A stretch of DNA of 60,968 nt, filler included, from Squatina squatina (Eukaryota): assembly GCA_031763465.1 (NCBI GenBank). It is 4 parts of 4 records of this genome, joined end to end, with 100 filler letters (N's around TTAATTAATTAA, not from the genome) between each part and the next. Parts side by side here need not be neighbours in the genome. Positions count along the whole stretch, not along the records: positions 1 to 14,599 come from JARFOE010000149.1; 3 more parts are not named here. One strand, 5' to 3'. The notes beneath the pieces are model-generated. The model had not been told where the DNA came from. It ran no database searches and was given only the letters and a program-made list of their open reading frames with translations. A program made the position numbers and the translations under genes. Below are positions 1 to 12,921 of this stretch, piece by piece (the first letter of the stretch is position 1; the number at the start of each line of letters is the position of its first letter).

Positions 1-553
1 TCCTTACCTCAATCCTTCATTACTATTCGACCTTCCTATTCTCCTGCCGCCGTCCCGGGCTTGACTTCCTCTTAGTTAAGCCTATAGCTTCCCTCTCTGC
101 CTCTCTTGGCATCCTATGAAGGTCCCATCGAGGCACTCATCGATGCCTCCTTACGAGCAGCAACCCCAACTGTTCCATCCTACTGTCGTTGACCTTCCTG
201 CCCAGCGAGCCCACTGGAAGCTAACCTTGCTGATCTCCTCCCTGTCCAACCCGCCCCTCCCAGCGCTGACCCTGTGGACGCTGACAGTGGATCAGCCATC
301 ACCGACCCTCTCCACATCTCCCTCCAGAATGTCCGTTCACTTGCGAACAAGGCCCTTACCATCCTTGAGCTTATTGAGGATAATTGCATCGACATCATGG
401 AAATTTGGTTGAGTGATGATGACACCTTACCCTTAAATAAAGCCTCCCTGCCTGGCTATACCTTCCACCACTTGCTCTTGGCGGTGTGGCTGTCATCACC
501 AAATCACACCTTGGTTTGTCCCCCTATTCCTCCAGCACTTTCTCTTTCTTTGC
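1..553 (+). mobile_element. L2-clade LINE fragment, start of ORF2 endonuclease (decayed)
   Basis: Translation LQNVRSLANKALTILELIEDNCIDIMEIWL resembles the APE endonuclease N-terminus. Homologous to 745-1260. Confidence 0.75.
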
Positions 554-744
554 NNNNNNNNNNNNNNNNNNNNNNNNNNNNNNNNNNNNNNNNNNNNNNN
601 NNNNNNNNNNNNNNNNNNNNNNNNNNNNNNNNNNNNNNNNNNNNNNNNNNNNNNNNNNNNNNNNNNNNNNNNNNNNNNNNNNNNNNNNNNNNNNNNNNNN
701 NNNNNNNNNNNNNNNNNNNNNNNNNNNNNNNNNNNNNNNNNNNN

Positions 745-2632
745 AAATCCCTCCCCCAACCCTTCATTACTCTTCGACCTTCCTACTCTCCTGCCGCCGG
801 CCCAGGCTCGACTCTCTCTTGGACCTTTATGTGTCTCTCTTGGCATCCTCCGAAGGGCACACCGTGGCACTCGTTGCTGTCCTGTCATGAGTAGCAATCA
901 CAATCTTCCCATCCTACTCTCTCACCGACCTTGCCACCCAGCTTGCCTGCGGGAGGCTAATCTTGCCAATCTCCTCCCCGTCCAACTCACCCCTCCAAGT
1001 GCTGATCGGTGGATCAGCCATCACTGATCTGCTCCCCATCTCCTTCTGTTCACTTGTGAACAAGGTCCTTGCCATCCATGAGCTTATCGTGGATGGCTGT
1101 ATCATGGCCCTGATGGAAACTTAGCTGAGGGGTGTTGACTCCTTACCCTTAAATGAAGCCTCCCCACCTGGCTATACCTTCTACCACTTGCCCCGTGGTT
1201 GCAGTATGGCTCTCATCATCAAATCACACCTGGTCTGTCCCCCTACTCCACTGGCACTTTCTCCTCCTTTGAACATCCCACCTTATTCCACCCCTCTCAC
1301 CTCTCATTTAAAATTCTCATTCTCTACCACCCAACCAAGTATCACAAAAATGTTATAACAGAGATATCTTCACTGCTTTCCTCCCTCAGCCTCTGCACTA
1401 AGCGATTTCTCATCCTCGGTGATTTCAACCTTCATCTCGATTCACCATTCTCTCTCTCCTCTGAGTTCACGACCCTCATATCCTCCCTTAATCTTTTCCT
1501 CTACGTGAACTCCCCAACACATATTCACCACCACCGCCTTGACCTTGCCATCTCTCGTGGCCTCACTATTCCCACTATGTCAATTGCAGATAAGGCCATC
1601 TCTGATCATTTCCTTGTATCGCTCTCCACCCACATTCCCCTTCCCCCATTCAACCATACTTCCTTCTGTGTACGTTCCTGGAAAAGACTGTCTCCAAACT
1701 CTCTTACAACTGCACTTATGAAAACCCAGCTGTCCAGTCTTTGGCCATCCATTCACCATGACATTTCTGCAGCGACCAATCTGCTCAACCACACCCTCAC
1801 CACCACCTTTGATGCCCTAGTCCCTATTAAAATCATGACACTCTCTCTCTCTCACCCTAGTCGTTCCACCCGGTACAGCCCTCATCTTCACTCTCTCACG
1901 CAGACTTGAACGGATATGGCACACAGCTGGTTTAGCCATTCACCGCCAGATCTGGCTGGACCACAAAGCATTATCGGGTCCTACTCTTGTCTTGTCAAAA
2001 CTGCTCACTATTCCAGGATCATTCTAGAATGCAAAAATAACTCCCGGCTATTATTCTCTACTGCTAACCGTCTTCTTTTAAACCCACCTCCCCTGTCTCC
2101 ACCACACTCGCCTCCAACAACAAGGAGCTTATGGAATTCTTTGTCTGAGATTAAGACCGTTCGGCAGCTGCCTCTGCCACTTCCCTTCCTTCCCCTCGCA
2201 CAATGGGCAAACTTCTAACATTCCCCCTGCCCTAGCCCTGAAGTCGCATCTTTCACCAGTTTCTCACTGACCTACATCGTTACCTCTGGTGTCTCCCAAG
2301 GATCTATCTCTGGCCCCTTCCTACTTCTCATCTATATGCTGCCCCGTGGCAACATCATCCAAAATCACGGCGTCAGTTTCCGCATATATGCTAACGACAC
2401 CCAGCTCTACCTCACCACCACCGCTCTCAAACCCTCCACAGATTCTAAATTGACAGATTGCTTGTCCAACATCCAGTACTGGATGAGCACAAATTTTCTC
2501 CAATTAAATATTGGGAAGACCGAAGCCATCATCTTTGGTCCCCGCCACAAATCTGTTCCCTAGCCACCGACTCCATCCCACTCCCTAACATCTGTCTGCA
2601 GCTGAACCAGGCTGTTCGCAACCTTGGTGTCA
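745..2632 (+). mobile_element. L2-clade LINE ORF2, internally deleted and frameshifted
   Basis: APE motifs LILGDFNLH, LDLAISRG and SDHFLV. RT motifs GVSQGSISGP and IYANDTQLY (YADDTQLY-like), plus NFLQLNIGKTEAI and VRNLGV. Confidence 0.85.
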
Positions 2633-2733
2633 NNNNNNNNNNNNNNNNNNNNNNNNNNNNNNNNNNNNNNNNNNNNNNNNNNNNNNNNNNNNNNNNNNNN
2701 NNNNNNNNNNNNNNNNNNNNNNNNNNNNNNNNA

Positions 2734-2830
2734 TCTTGTTTTTGGCTGTGCTATAATTTGTCTGATAACGCTCCTGTGAAGTGCCTTGGGATATTTTGCT
2801 ATATTTAAAGATGCTATATAAAATGCAATT
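2734..2830 (+). mobile_element. L2/SINE-type 3' tail
   Basis: gtgaagtgccttgggatattttgcta...gctatataaatgcaa. The same tail recurs at about 28525-28585 and, on the minus strand, near 12630. Confidence 0.65.
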
Positions 2831-2892
2831 TGGTGTAAATTTTGTAAGTTGATAATTTAAGTAGGAGAAAATGCAATACCTCTTGTGTGCAG

Positions 2893-3035
2893 TATCGATA
2901 CGACAGCTGTTATGGGAGAGGGGACGGAAACCTCCAGTGACCTCCTGTTAGCCCAAATGCTGCAGATGGAATTTGACCGAGAATATGATGCGCAACTTCG
3001 TCGGGAAGAAAATAAATTGAACGGTGACAGCAAAG
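2893..3035 (+). CDS. RIOK3: RIO kinase 3, internal coding exon (N-terminal region)
   Basis: Acceptor tgtgtgcag| and donor |gtacga. Translates IDTTAVMGEGTETSSDLLLAQMLQMEFDREYDAQLRREENKLNGDSK, matching recalled vertebrate RIOK3 (SSDLMLAQMLQMEYDREYDAQLRREEKKFNGDSK). Confidence 0.92.
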
Positions 3036-3061
3036 GTACGAGGAAAAGTACTCAGTCTTCA

Positions 3062-3152
3062 TGTCTGCCCGTGTCCCGGGTGTGGAGTCAGTGTCTGCCT
3101 GTGTCCCGGGTGTGGAGTCAGTGTCTGCCCGTGTCCCGGGTGTGGAGTCAGT
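3062..3152. repeat. 30-bp tandem repeat, 3 copies
   Basis: Unit tgtctgcc(c/t)gtgtcccgggtgtggagtcag, just downstream of the RIOK3 donor. Confidence 0.95.
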
Positions 3153-3204
3153 AGTATTTTGGCATTTGCTAACAACAACTGAAGCCTTAAAGTGAATTAC
3201 ATTG

Positions 3205-3460
3205 AATCTGCAGCACAGAAACAGGCTTTTCAGGCCGACTGGTGTTTATACTCCACACGAGCTTCATCTCACCCTATCAGCCTATCCTTCTATTTCTTTC
3301 TCCCTCATGGGCTTATTTAGCTTCCCCTTAAATGCATCTATTTTGTTTGCCTCAACCGCTCCCTGTGGTAGTGAGTTCCACATTCTCACTACTCTCCTAA
3401 ATTGCCGATTGGATGTTTTAGTGACTACCTAATATACATGGCCTCTAGTTTTTGACTCTT
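3205..3460 (-). mobile_element. CR1-like LINE 3' fragment
   Basis: Similar to 18283-18600 (ccctgtggtag.gagttccacattctcac). Confidence 0.6.
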
Positions 3461-3625
3461 TCTCCCCCCCCCCACCCCAAGAGTGGAAATATTTTCCCTC
3501 GCCTTTTTCCTTAAGCCTTTGTGATCCGCATTGGGGTGTTTTTCTACATGAAGGGCACTAGACAAATGCTTGATGTGTTTTTTAATATAATTTGGATAAA
3601 TAGATTGAGATTTATTGTAAAGTTA

Positions 3626-4016
3626 ACAACATAAGAACACATGAAATAGGAGCAGGAGTAGACCATATGGCCCCTTGAGCCTGGTCTGCCATTGAATAAG
3701 ATCATGGCTGATCATGTCCTCAACTCCACTTTCCCGCCCGATTTGCATATCCCTTGATTCCCCTAGCGTCCAAATCTATCGATCTCAGCCTTGAATATAC
3801 TCAACAATTCAGTATCCACAGCCCTTTGGGGCAGAGAATTCCAAAGATTCACAACGCTCTGAGTGAAGAAATTCCTCCTCCTCTCAGTCCTAAATGACCG
3901 ACCCCTTATCCTGAGACTGTGACCCTTAGTTCTAGACTCTCCAGCCAGGGGGAAACAATTTCTCAGCGTCTACCCCTGCCAATCCCTCTCAGAATCTTGT
4001 ATGTTTCAATGAGATC
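3626..4016 (-). mobile_element. CR1 LINE 3' end
   Basis: Starts with the reverse complement of the CR1 tail (ataagaacacatgaaataggagcaggagtag). The minus strand encodes a DLIETYKILRG...GHSLRIRGR type ORF2 C-terminus. Confidence 0.88.
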
Positions 4017-4116
4017 NNNNNNNNNNNNNNNNNNNNNNNNNNNNNNNNNNNNNNNNNNNNNNNNNNNNNNNNNNNNNNNNNNNNNNNNNNNNNNNNNNNN
4101 NNNNNNNNNNNNNNNN

Positions 4117-4445
4117 ATGCTTTTTAACCAACGTATTTACTGGCCCGGCCACCATTAAGGATTTGTGTATGTGGACACCAAGGTCTCTCTGCTCATCTAC
4201 ACTTTTCAAAATCACGCCATTTATAGTATACTGTCTTTCCATATTAGACCTCCCAAAGTTCACCACTTCACACTTCTCTGCATTGAGCTCCATCTGCCAG
4301 GCTTCTGCCCATTTAACCATCCTGTCTATGTCAGCCTGAAGCCGATAGTTATCCTCATCACTACCTACTACTTTGCCAAGTTTCACATCATCTGCAAACC
4401 TTATAATTCTGCTCCCTACACCCGAGTCTAGGTCATTTATAAAAA
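4117..4445 (-). mobile_element. CR1 LINE RT fragment
   Basis: FINDLDSG...RFADDVKLG...LQADIDRMVKWAEAWQMELNAEKCEV...QRDLGV. Confidence 0.9.
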
Positions 4446-4447
4446 CT

Positions 4448-5053
4448 GAACATAAGATCATAAGAATTAGGAGCAGGAATAGGCCATACGGCCCCTCGAG
4501 CCTGCTCCGCCATTCAATAAGATCATGGGCGATCATCGATCAAAACTCCACTTTCACCCCCCCCAATCTCCATATCCCTTTATTCCCCTGGCGTCCAAAA
4601 ATCTACCTATCTATGCCTTGAATTTAATCAGAGACTCAGCATTCACAGCCCTCTGCGGCAGAGAATTCCAAAGATTCACAACCCCTGAGTGAAGAAATTC
4701 TTCCGCATCTCTGTCTTAAGTGGCCTACCCCTTATCCTAAGACTGTGCCCTCTAATTCTAGACACTCCAGCCAGGGGAAACAACCTTTCAGCATCTACCC
4801 TGTTAATCCATTTCAGAATCTTGTATGTTTCAATGAGATCACCTCTCATTCTTCTAAACTCCTGAGAGTACAAGCCCATTCCATACAATCTCTCATTATA
4901 AGACAGCCCTCTCATCCTAGGAATCAACTAGTGAACCTTCGTTGCACTGCCTCCAAGGCAAGTATATCCTTCCATGGATAAGGAGACCAAAACTGTGCAC
5001 AATACACCTGGTGCGGTCTCACCAAGGCCCTGTACAATTGTAGCAAGACTTCC
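4448..5053 (-). mobile_element. CR1 LINE 3' end, abutting the previous CR1 fragment
   Basis: Tail aacataagatcataagaattaggagcagg. ORF MIPRMRGLSYNERL...EFRRMRGDLIETYKIL...EMRKNFFTQ. Confidence 0.9.
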
Positions 5054-5413
5054 AATTGGTCTGCCTGCGTTTAAAATGCAAGGGGGCCAAAAACAGTGAT
5101 TTTAGCGCCCATTTTGCGCTACCTCACTAAATCGTGATATTTGGGTCTTTGTAAAAAAAATTCTGGCAGCTTAAAAACTCATGCAAAATTAATGGGCGCC
5201 TGATGGGTGCTAATTGAACTTTACTGGTTTCAATGGGTCAATTCAACAACCGATCTAAGGAGCAGCAATCAAGTGTCAGGCCACCTCAGCCCTTAATGGG
5301 GCTCATTCTGGAGACACAAGCACTGCTTAGGTCCGTCAATTCATATCTTGTTGGTAGCTGAGGAGGGATTGTTTTGCCAAGTGCTGTACTGGGGAATCAG
5401 AATCAATGGCAGC
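5054..5413. mobile_element. Non-autonomous DNA transposon fragment, same family as 32988-33552
   Basis: Shares caaccgatctaagg...caagtgtcagg.cacctcagcccttaa.gggg...caagcac.gcttaggtc with 33187-33272. Confidence 0.7.
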
Positions 5414-5513
5414 NNNNNNNNNNNNNNNNNNNNNNNNNNNNNNNNNNNNNNNNNNNNNNNNNNNNNNNNNNNNNNNNNNNNNNNNNNNNNNNNNNNNNNN
5501 NNNNNNNNNNNNN

Positions 5514-5950
5514 TCTCATCTCAGTCTTAAAAGGCCGACCCCTTATACGGAGACTGTGCCCTTTCATTCTAGACTCTCCAGCCAGGGGAAACAATCTCTC
5601 AGTATCTAACCTGTCAACCTCCTCAGAATTTTATATGTTTCAATGAGATCACCTCTCATTCTTCTAAACTCCTGTGAATACAGGCCCAGTCGACTCAAGC
5701 TCTTCTCACAGGATAATCCTCTCATCCCAGGGATCAATCCAGTGAATCTTTGATGCACTGCCTCGAAGGCAAGTATATCCTTCCTTAAATAAGGAAAACA
5801 AAACTCTGCGCAGCTCTCCAGGTGTGATCTCTCCAGATCGCTGTAGAATTGTAGCAAGACTTCCTTACCCTTGCAGTCCAACCCTCTAGCAATAAAAGCC
5901 AAAGTGCCATGTGCCTTCCTAATTGCTTGCTGGACCTGCATGCTAACTCT
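5514..5950 (-). mobile_element. CR1 LINE ORF2 C-terminal fragment
   Basis: QVQQAIRKAHGTLAFIARG...YLRKDILAFEAVHQRFTGLIPGMRGLS...RMRGDLIETYKIL. Confidence 0.9.
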
Positions 5951-5952
5951 CT

Positions 5953-6155
5953 GGGGGAGAAATACAGTATCGCCCCGTTTGGGGGCGGTAACCCATAGGG
6001 AGGTGCAAGGCTTAGTGCCAGGCGCTGAAGTCTCTCCCATCTCCAGAAATTTGAGTTAACGCCCCCAGAAGGAAGTGGAGCGCTAAATCAAGCACTCCAC
6101 TTCCTTCCTGAGGTGCTAACAGAGCAGATGCTTCAGCAGCACTGCACACTGGGCC
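5953..6155. mobile_element. Probable DNA-transposon terminal fragment between CR1 pieces
   Basis: Begins GGGGGAGAAAT, like the Harbinger-type end at 24017-24033. CpG-richer than its flanks. Confidence 0.4.
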
Positions 6156-6159
6156 TTAC

Positions 6160-6570
6160 CTCCAATCCTATGTGCCCTTATTTTGCTTAACAACCTTTTA
6201 TGTGGGACCTTATCAAATGCCTTTTGGAAATCCAAGTACACTACAGCCACTGGTTCCCCTTTATCTACCCTGCTAGTTACATCCTCACCATGTTGATTCT
6301 GCCAAATCATATTATGATTTTCTAAGTACCCTATTGCCACTTCCATAATAATGAATTCCAGCATTTTCCTGACAACTGATGTCAGGCTAACTGGCCTGTA
6401 GTTCGCGGTTTTCTCTCTCCCTCCTTTCTTGATTAGCGGGGTTACATTTGCTACCTTTCAATCCGCTGGAACCTTCCAGAATCTAGGGAATTTTGGAAGA
6501 TCACAATGAATGCATTCACTATCTCTGTAGCCACCTCTTTTAGAACCCTAGGATGGAGGCCGTCAGATCT
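6160..6570 (-). mobile_element. CR1 LINE RT N-terminal fragment
   Basis: NYRPVSLTSVV...LEFII...VYLDFQKAFDKVPHKRLLSKIRAH. Confidence 0.9.
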
Positions 6571-6701
6571 CAGAGTTCATCTGTCAGCGAGATTATCCTG
6601 TNNNNNNNNNNNNNNNNNNNNNNNNNNNNNNNNNNNNNNNNNNNNNNNNNNNNNNNNNNNNNNNNNNNNNNNNNNNNNNNNNNNNNNNNNNNNNNNNNNN
6701 N

Positions 6702-7243
6702 AACAACATCTCAGCATCCACCCTGTCAATCCCCCTCAGAATCTTATATGCTTCAATGAGATCACCTCTCATTCTTCTAAACTCCACAGAGTATTGGCCC
6801 AATTTATTCATTCTCTCCTCATAGGACAACCCTCTCATCCCAGAGATCAATCTAGTGAACTTTTGTTGCGCTGCCTGTTAGGCAAGTGTGTCATTCCACA
6901 GATAAAGAATCAAAACTGTGCACAGAACTCCAGGTATGGGCTCACCAAGGCCCTGTACAATTGTAGCAAGACTTCCTTACTCTAGTACTCCAGCCCCCTT
7001 GAAATAAAGGACAACATGTCATTTGCCTTCCTAACTGCTTGCTAACTTTCTGTGTTTCCTGTACGAGGACACCTAAATCTTTCTGAACATCAACATTTAA
7101 TAGTTTCTCATCATTTAAAAAATATTCTGTATTTCTATCTTTCCTCCCAAGGTGAATAACCTCACATTTACCCCTATTATACTCCATCCGTCTCCTTATT
7201 TCCCACTCACTTAACCTGTCTATATCCCTTTGTAGGCTCTTTG
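6702..7243 (-). mobile_element. CR1 LINE ORF2 fragment
   Basis: LQRDIDRLSEW...KCEVIHLGRK...QKDLGVLVQ...EFRRMRGDLIEAYKILRG. Confidence 0.9.
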
Positions 7244-8092
7244 AATGCAAAATTCCCCTTTCAGATTCGCCTGGTTTGTGCCTGCGGGAGGTGCTAGCCA
7301 GGTGGTAAGGGGTTTGCGGTGGCCAGTGGCGTTCCTGATGGCTGGCACGAGATTTGGCCAGGAGATAGCGGGCGTGCTGACAAACAGCGCCCCGCTCCCA
7401 CCNNNNNNNNNNNNNNNNNNNNNNNNNNNNNNNNNNNNNNNNNNNNNNNNNNNNNNNNNNNNNNNNNNNNNNNNNNNNNNNNNNNNNNNNNNNNNNNNNN
7501 NNATAAACTATTCAATTGTAAATTACTTTTACAAATCACAGTCCCCCCACATTCAGGAATCAAAATGGATTTTATGTGTGAATGCAACTTTCTCAATAGT
7601 CTGACACCTTGTTAATGTAGGTCTTGTTAGCTAGATATCTTCACAAATAAAACTAAATCTGTTTTCAATTCATCTTTGTAACATTGATCTGCCACACACC
7701 ACTCAGCAGACTATTTTTTTTTAACGATTGTGGGAAAATTCAAGCACAACAAACAGAGGAATCTTTAAAAACACCAAGAAATTTGGAAAGCTCCCCACAG
7801 CAGTGACACCAAAATTAAAAACCAAATTTGTACGGTTCATTAATTCAGCAGTGTCCAAGTTTTTTTGTCTTCATTGGCCACTTACATGCAAACCAAGGAG
7901 TCTCGTGGGGCACATATATAAAATCTAAATCAATGTTCCATTAATTTGCACGCATCTCGACCTGCGGCAACCACCAGAGCTTCTAGCCCTGACTCAGGAT
8001 GTATCAGGCATCATCACTACCTCCACAGCCCTTCCTAACCCTTCAGGCCCACAAAATTCAAAGGGGAAACACCAGCAAGTAAGAACTATATC

Positions 8093-8260
8093 CGTCGAGT
8101 ATATTCGAGGCTGAGATCGATAGATTTTTGAATATTAAGGGAATCACGGGATATGGGGATAGTGCAGGAAAGTGGAGTTGAGGTAGATCAGCCACGATCT
8201 CAGTGAATGGCAGAGCAGGCTCGAGGGGCCGAATGGCCTATTCCTGCTCCTTATGTTCTA
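8093..8260 (+). mobile_element. CR1 3' end
   Basis: ggctgagatcgatagatttttg...gaatggcagagcaggctcgaggggccgaatggcctattcctgctccttatgttc. Confidence 0.85.
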
Positions 8261-8894
8261 TATTTTTTAATTATATATGAATTTGTAACCAAGCTTAATT
8301 TATCTAAAATGGCTTGTTACTGTTTGCTGAAAGGGGTTTAGTTGAGTACACAAGCGTCAGTCCAAGTCTGGTTTAACTTGGCATTGTTGGATCTCTATTC
8401 CTATTTGTGCATTCCTCGTCTCTGGCCTGCCTTTGCAGAAAACGTTCCAAAGTGGGACATCTTTGATTCGGAGTGAAGGTTAAGCCTTTTTAAATCTTTC
8501 TTTGGGCCGAGGGAGGCGAGGAGATGGGCAATGTTACACAGGTGGAGGTAGGTGGTCTTTGTGATGGTCAGCAGCTCAGCTTGGGGTCAAATAAGTGTGC
8601 GAAGCGTCTCATGCAGCTTGAGACGGTGGTTGGAGAGAATACAGAGTATAAGATAGGGGCAGAAGACAGTCGCTTTGATCTTGCAGAGTCTAACGAAGAA
8701 ATTGCAGCTCATCCAAGAGTGGATATCAGACAAGCTGTGGAGGAACCGAGAGAAGCGGCGGAGAGGTGGGGCTGGCTGTCGTTAGCGCACACGGAGCCTC
8801 TTATTCTTCTCCTATTTCCCTCAAGATCCCAGGAGAAGTTAGTTAAGCTAAAGGATGGACTAATACGTTCTTTTTATTACAATATCTCACAACT

Positions 8895-9184
8895 CATTCA
8901 GGTCATCCTAGACTGGCTATTGTGTAATGAGAAAGGATTAATTAACAATCTTGTTGTGTGAGACCCTTTGGGGAGGATTGACCATAATACGATAGAATTC
9001 TTCATTAAGATGGAGAGTGACGCAGTTGATTCTGAAACTAAGGTCCTGAATCTAAAGAAAGCAAACTACGACGGTATGAGGCGAGAGTTGACTAAGATAG
9101 ATTGGGGAACACTATTTAGGGGTTGATGGTGGATCGGCAATGGCAAACATTTAAGGAGTGCATGGATGAACTACAATAATTGTT
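8895..9184 (+). mobile_element. CR1 ORF2 endonuclease/linker fragment
   Basis: ILDWLLCNEKGLINNLVV*DPLGRIDHNTIEF...LNLKKANYDGMRREL. Confidence 0.75.
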
Positions 9185-9284
9185 NNNNNNNNNNNNNNNN
9201 NNNNNNNNNNNNNNNNNNNNNNNNNNNNNNNNNNNNNNNNNNNNNNNNNNNNNNNNNNNNNNNNNNNNNNNNNNNNNNNNNNNN

Positions 9285-9740
9285 ATAGGGAGGGACAGGG
9301 AGGGATTTGAAAACCAGAATGAAAGTTTTAGAACTGAGGCATTGCTTAACCGGGGGCCAGTGTAGGTCAGCGAGCACAGGGGGTGATTATTGAACGGGAC
9401 TTGGTGAGGGTTAGGAAATGGACAGCAGAGCTTTAGATGACGTCAAGTTTACGGAGGGTAGAATGTGGGAGACCAGCCAGAAGTGCGCTGCAATAGTCAA
9501 GTCTAGAGGCAACAAAGGCATGGATTAGGGTTTTAGCAGCAGATGAGCTAAGGCAGGGTGGAGTCACGCGATATTATGGAGATGGAATTAGATGGCCTTA
9601 GTGTTGGTGCGGTTATGCAGTCGGGAGCGCATCTGAGGGTCACATGACACCAATGTTGCGAACAGTCTGATTCAGCCTCACACAGTTGCCTGGGAGAGGA
9701 ATGAAATCAGTGGCTAGGGACGGAGTTTGTGGCGGAAGAT
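9285..9740 (-). mobile_element. L2 LINE ORF2 C-terminal fragment
   Basis: LADLHWPPVKQCLSSKTFILVFKSL and a degenerate SRLDYC-type motif. Homologous to 33653-34000. Confidence 0.8.
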
Positions 9741-10561
9741 CATGAATATTCTTGCTGGATATTTTTTCTGCCTCTCTGCAGTTGTAGTTTCCAGTAAGTA
9801 GACTAGAGTTGTCAGTGAAATGCCAAAAAACTTAATTTTTGCAAATCCACTGAAAACAAGCAAATCCCTAACATGAGCATGCAGAATTTTTTTTATATAT
9901 TGCAATGGCATGACCGTGTTTTATGGTAGTGGAGTGATGATATTTTTATTTCCCATTTTTCGAGAACATAAAAATCAAAAACTGCATGATAGGGCAGCTT
10001 TGTGATAATTAGTGCACTGGCCGATTGATGTGTTTTTCCGTGCTAACCCCAATTATAGGGTTGTACACAAAATCAACAGGTCTGAAATCTTGCAGGAGGC
10101 AATTCTTCCAATTTTTCATTTAGTTGCTAATGGTGGTTATGTTTTTTTTTAAATTTCTAATTTGTATAGTACTGTGACTTCATCAACGTGCTACTTTTTC
10201 AGCACATGGAACAGAAATCAGTGTTTTTGCAGGCAGCTTGAATGTCAATACCAGTCAAAACTCAGACCAGAATGATACAGAGCAGTCTTCTGCATGAACA
10301 GTATTTTGGTTTGTGTTCATGATCCTGCACAGAATTACCAATGTTAAGCATGCAACTGTAAGAAGGCAACAAATGCTTATAAGAAAGAGCTACCCCAGGC
10401 AACGGAGAGAAAATCAAAGGAAGAATCACCTAATTAAGTGCTTCAACCAACCCAGATGTAATTTACAAGACCTCGAAGCACAGACAGTGGGCAAACACAG
10501 GAATATTCCTTATCACCACTGCCACTTACCATAAATAACCAGTCACAGGGAGTGAAAATTG

Positions 10562-10705
10562 AACTAGGGGAGTCAAATGATATGGGGATTGGGTAGGTAC
10601 GTGGAGTTGAAGTCAAAGATTAGCCATGGTCTTATTGAATGGCAGAGCAGGCTCGAGGGGCCACATGGCCTATTCCTGCTCCTAACTCTTCTGTTATGTT
10701 CTTAT
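10562..10705 (+). mobile_element. CR1 3' end
   Basis: gaatggcagagcaggctcgagggg...ggcctattcctgctcct...ttatgttctta. Confidence 0.8.
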
Positions 10706-12921
10706 AACATATAAACTACCATATAAGGCACTGCGGGGTAAATGCAGCCTGAAACTCGAATCAAGGCCTGATCTAACACTGCAGTTGTTTTTGTATCTTC
10801 ACACTCTTCCCTTGGAGACTAGTGTGAAGTAGTGAAAGGAATCAAAGAGTGATTAGCAGTCTGACAGACCACAATGGAAATGCTCCTTTCATGGCTGTAA
10901 CCATAGTTATTGTAGCAGCCGATAGGATGATTAATCCCATTCAGCAGGAGGGTTTTATGGGCTCCCACAATTGTTACGATGTGGTGGGAGCCACTCACAC
11001 CCATCGGATGTGAGTATTCCAGAACTCAGCTGGAGCTCTGGTTTGCACTCGCTAGGACTGTCTGGAGTGGGGTTCAAACCCTGCATCTTCTAACGTGGAG
11101 GTGGGAATGCTACCACTAAGCCATAGGTTTGCTCCAAAACTGGAATGAGGAGAAATGAGACTCTCTCTGCTGCACTTTGGTGTCAGTTCAGGCCTTCATG
11201 GCTGATTTACGCACCGCATGTTGGTTATGGTGCAAAGCCAAAAGCGGCTTCAGACTGATGCTACATGCGTGGTGTGAATTCACAGTTTGAGAGGCCACAA
11301 GCATGGCTGCTGAAGAAAATGAGAAATTCCATACTGATACATTAGTGTTGGCTCCTCTGTGATTGGAGCTCAAGGCACTGGCCCAGATCTTCGGGATCAC
11401 TCACTTTTGGGCGCAGGGTAAATAGCAGAACGGTTGAGATCTGAGGCGCCACAGAATTTGCGCCTCGGCCTTCTTTTTAATAGAGCCAGTGTGGCGGTAC
11501 AGCCTGCCGGTGAAGAGTGGGGAGGATCTGGTGATAAATCAGGCCGCTGTGCTGGGATGCTGTAGGAGGAAGTTTTATTCTGCACCTGTATGTCGCTTGG
11601 GAGTGCTTAGTGTTGGCAGGCTGTAATGTCTCCCATAGTGAAACAACCAGCCAGCCTTCACTGTCTCGGCTCACTTAATGAAGAAGGAGCACTTGAGCAA
11701 GACACTAAGGTGGCTGTCATGTCTTGCATCAATTCTAGCAATGCAGCGTCTCCCTGATTTCTCAAATAGAAAGTGAAGGTACGCTTGCGCTGATGTTTGG
11801 GCTCAGGGAATGTGGTGCCAAAGAACGCTCAGAATCTCTGAGCAGTGGGTTCACTGTTTAACATAAAAGTACCTTTAATTGAAGAAAGAAAGGTAGAGAA
11901 TACTTTGACAAAGAGCCTTTTTGCATCCTTAGGTTGTCCCAAGGTGGTTCACAGCCAATGAATAACTTTTCAAGTGTAGTCACTGTTGGTTTACACGCAA
12001 ACATGGCAGCCAACTTGCACACAGCTAGGCCCCACAATCAGCCAACCGACTTCTTCGGGCTGGTAGTTGATTTNNNNNNNNNNNNNNNNNNNNNNNNNNN
12101 NNNNNNNNNNNNNNNNNNNNNNNNNNNNNNNNNNNNNNNNNNNNNNNNNNNNNNNNNNNNNNNNNNNNNNNNNCTGGTCTGCAAACACTGGTAATGTTTT
12201 CAATTGAGATGCTATATGGGCATTTTCTTTTTCATTTGTAGCAGTTTGCCCTTGACCACAATTGCCTCCCTAATGTGTGCACTGCTTAATCTGCACTCGC
12301 TTGGTTCTAACCTGTAATGTCCACAAAGACCAGCATGTGTGCAACTACTGTCATTGCCATGATGTTACAACCACACCCCTGCATGTGAAAGAGTATTTAG
12401 CATTAGCGCTAGGGTTAGCACAATGATGGTAACATTGGCAACTGAATTGCTCACTTCTTTAATGTCATACAACATTTAATTCCCACTGAGCACAACTCAT
12501 TCCTTTTCAGAATGCAACTATAATGCAATGAATGTGGAATATTTAAACTACTGATAATACTGAGATTGTAGAAGGAATTAATTGTTCCCCAATCAGAAAA
12601 ATATGAGATTAATCTAAGGAAGAATGACTTGCATTTATATAGTGCCTTTCATGACCTCAGAACACCCCGAATTAAGTGTTCTTTTGAAATGTAGCCACTG
12701 TTGTAATGGAGGAAGAGCGTCAACCATTTTGTGCACAAGGTCCCACAAACAGCAACGTGAAAAGGACCAGATTTTTTTTTAAGTGATATTGGTTGAGGGA
12801 TAAACATTGATCAGGACACCAAGGAGAACTCCATTGCTCTTCTTCAAAATAGTGCCATGGGATCTTTTACATCTAATTGAGAGGGCAGATAGGGCCTCAG
12901 TTTATTGTCTCACCCAAAAGA

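Noticed and set aside
3062-3152. CRISPR-like array
   Set aside because: The repeats are head-to-tail without spacers, in a vertebrate intron.
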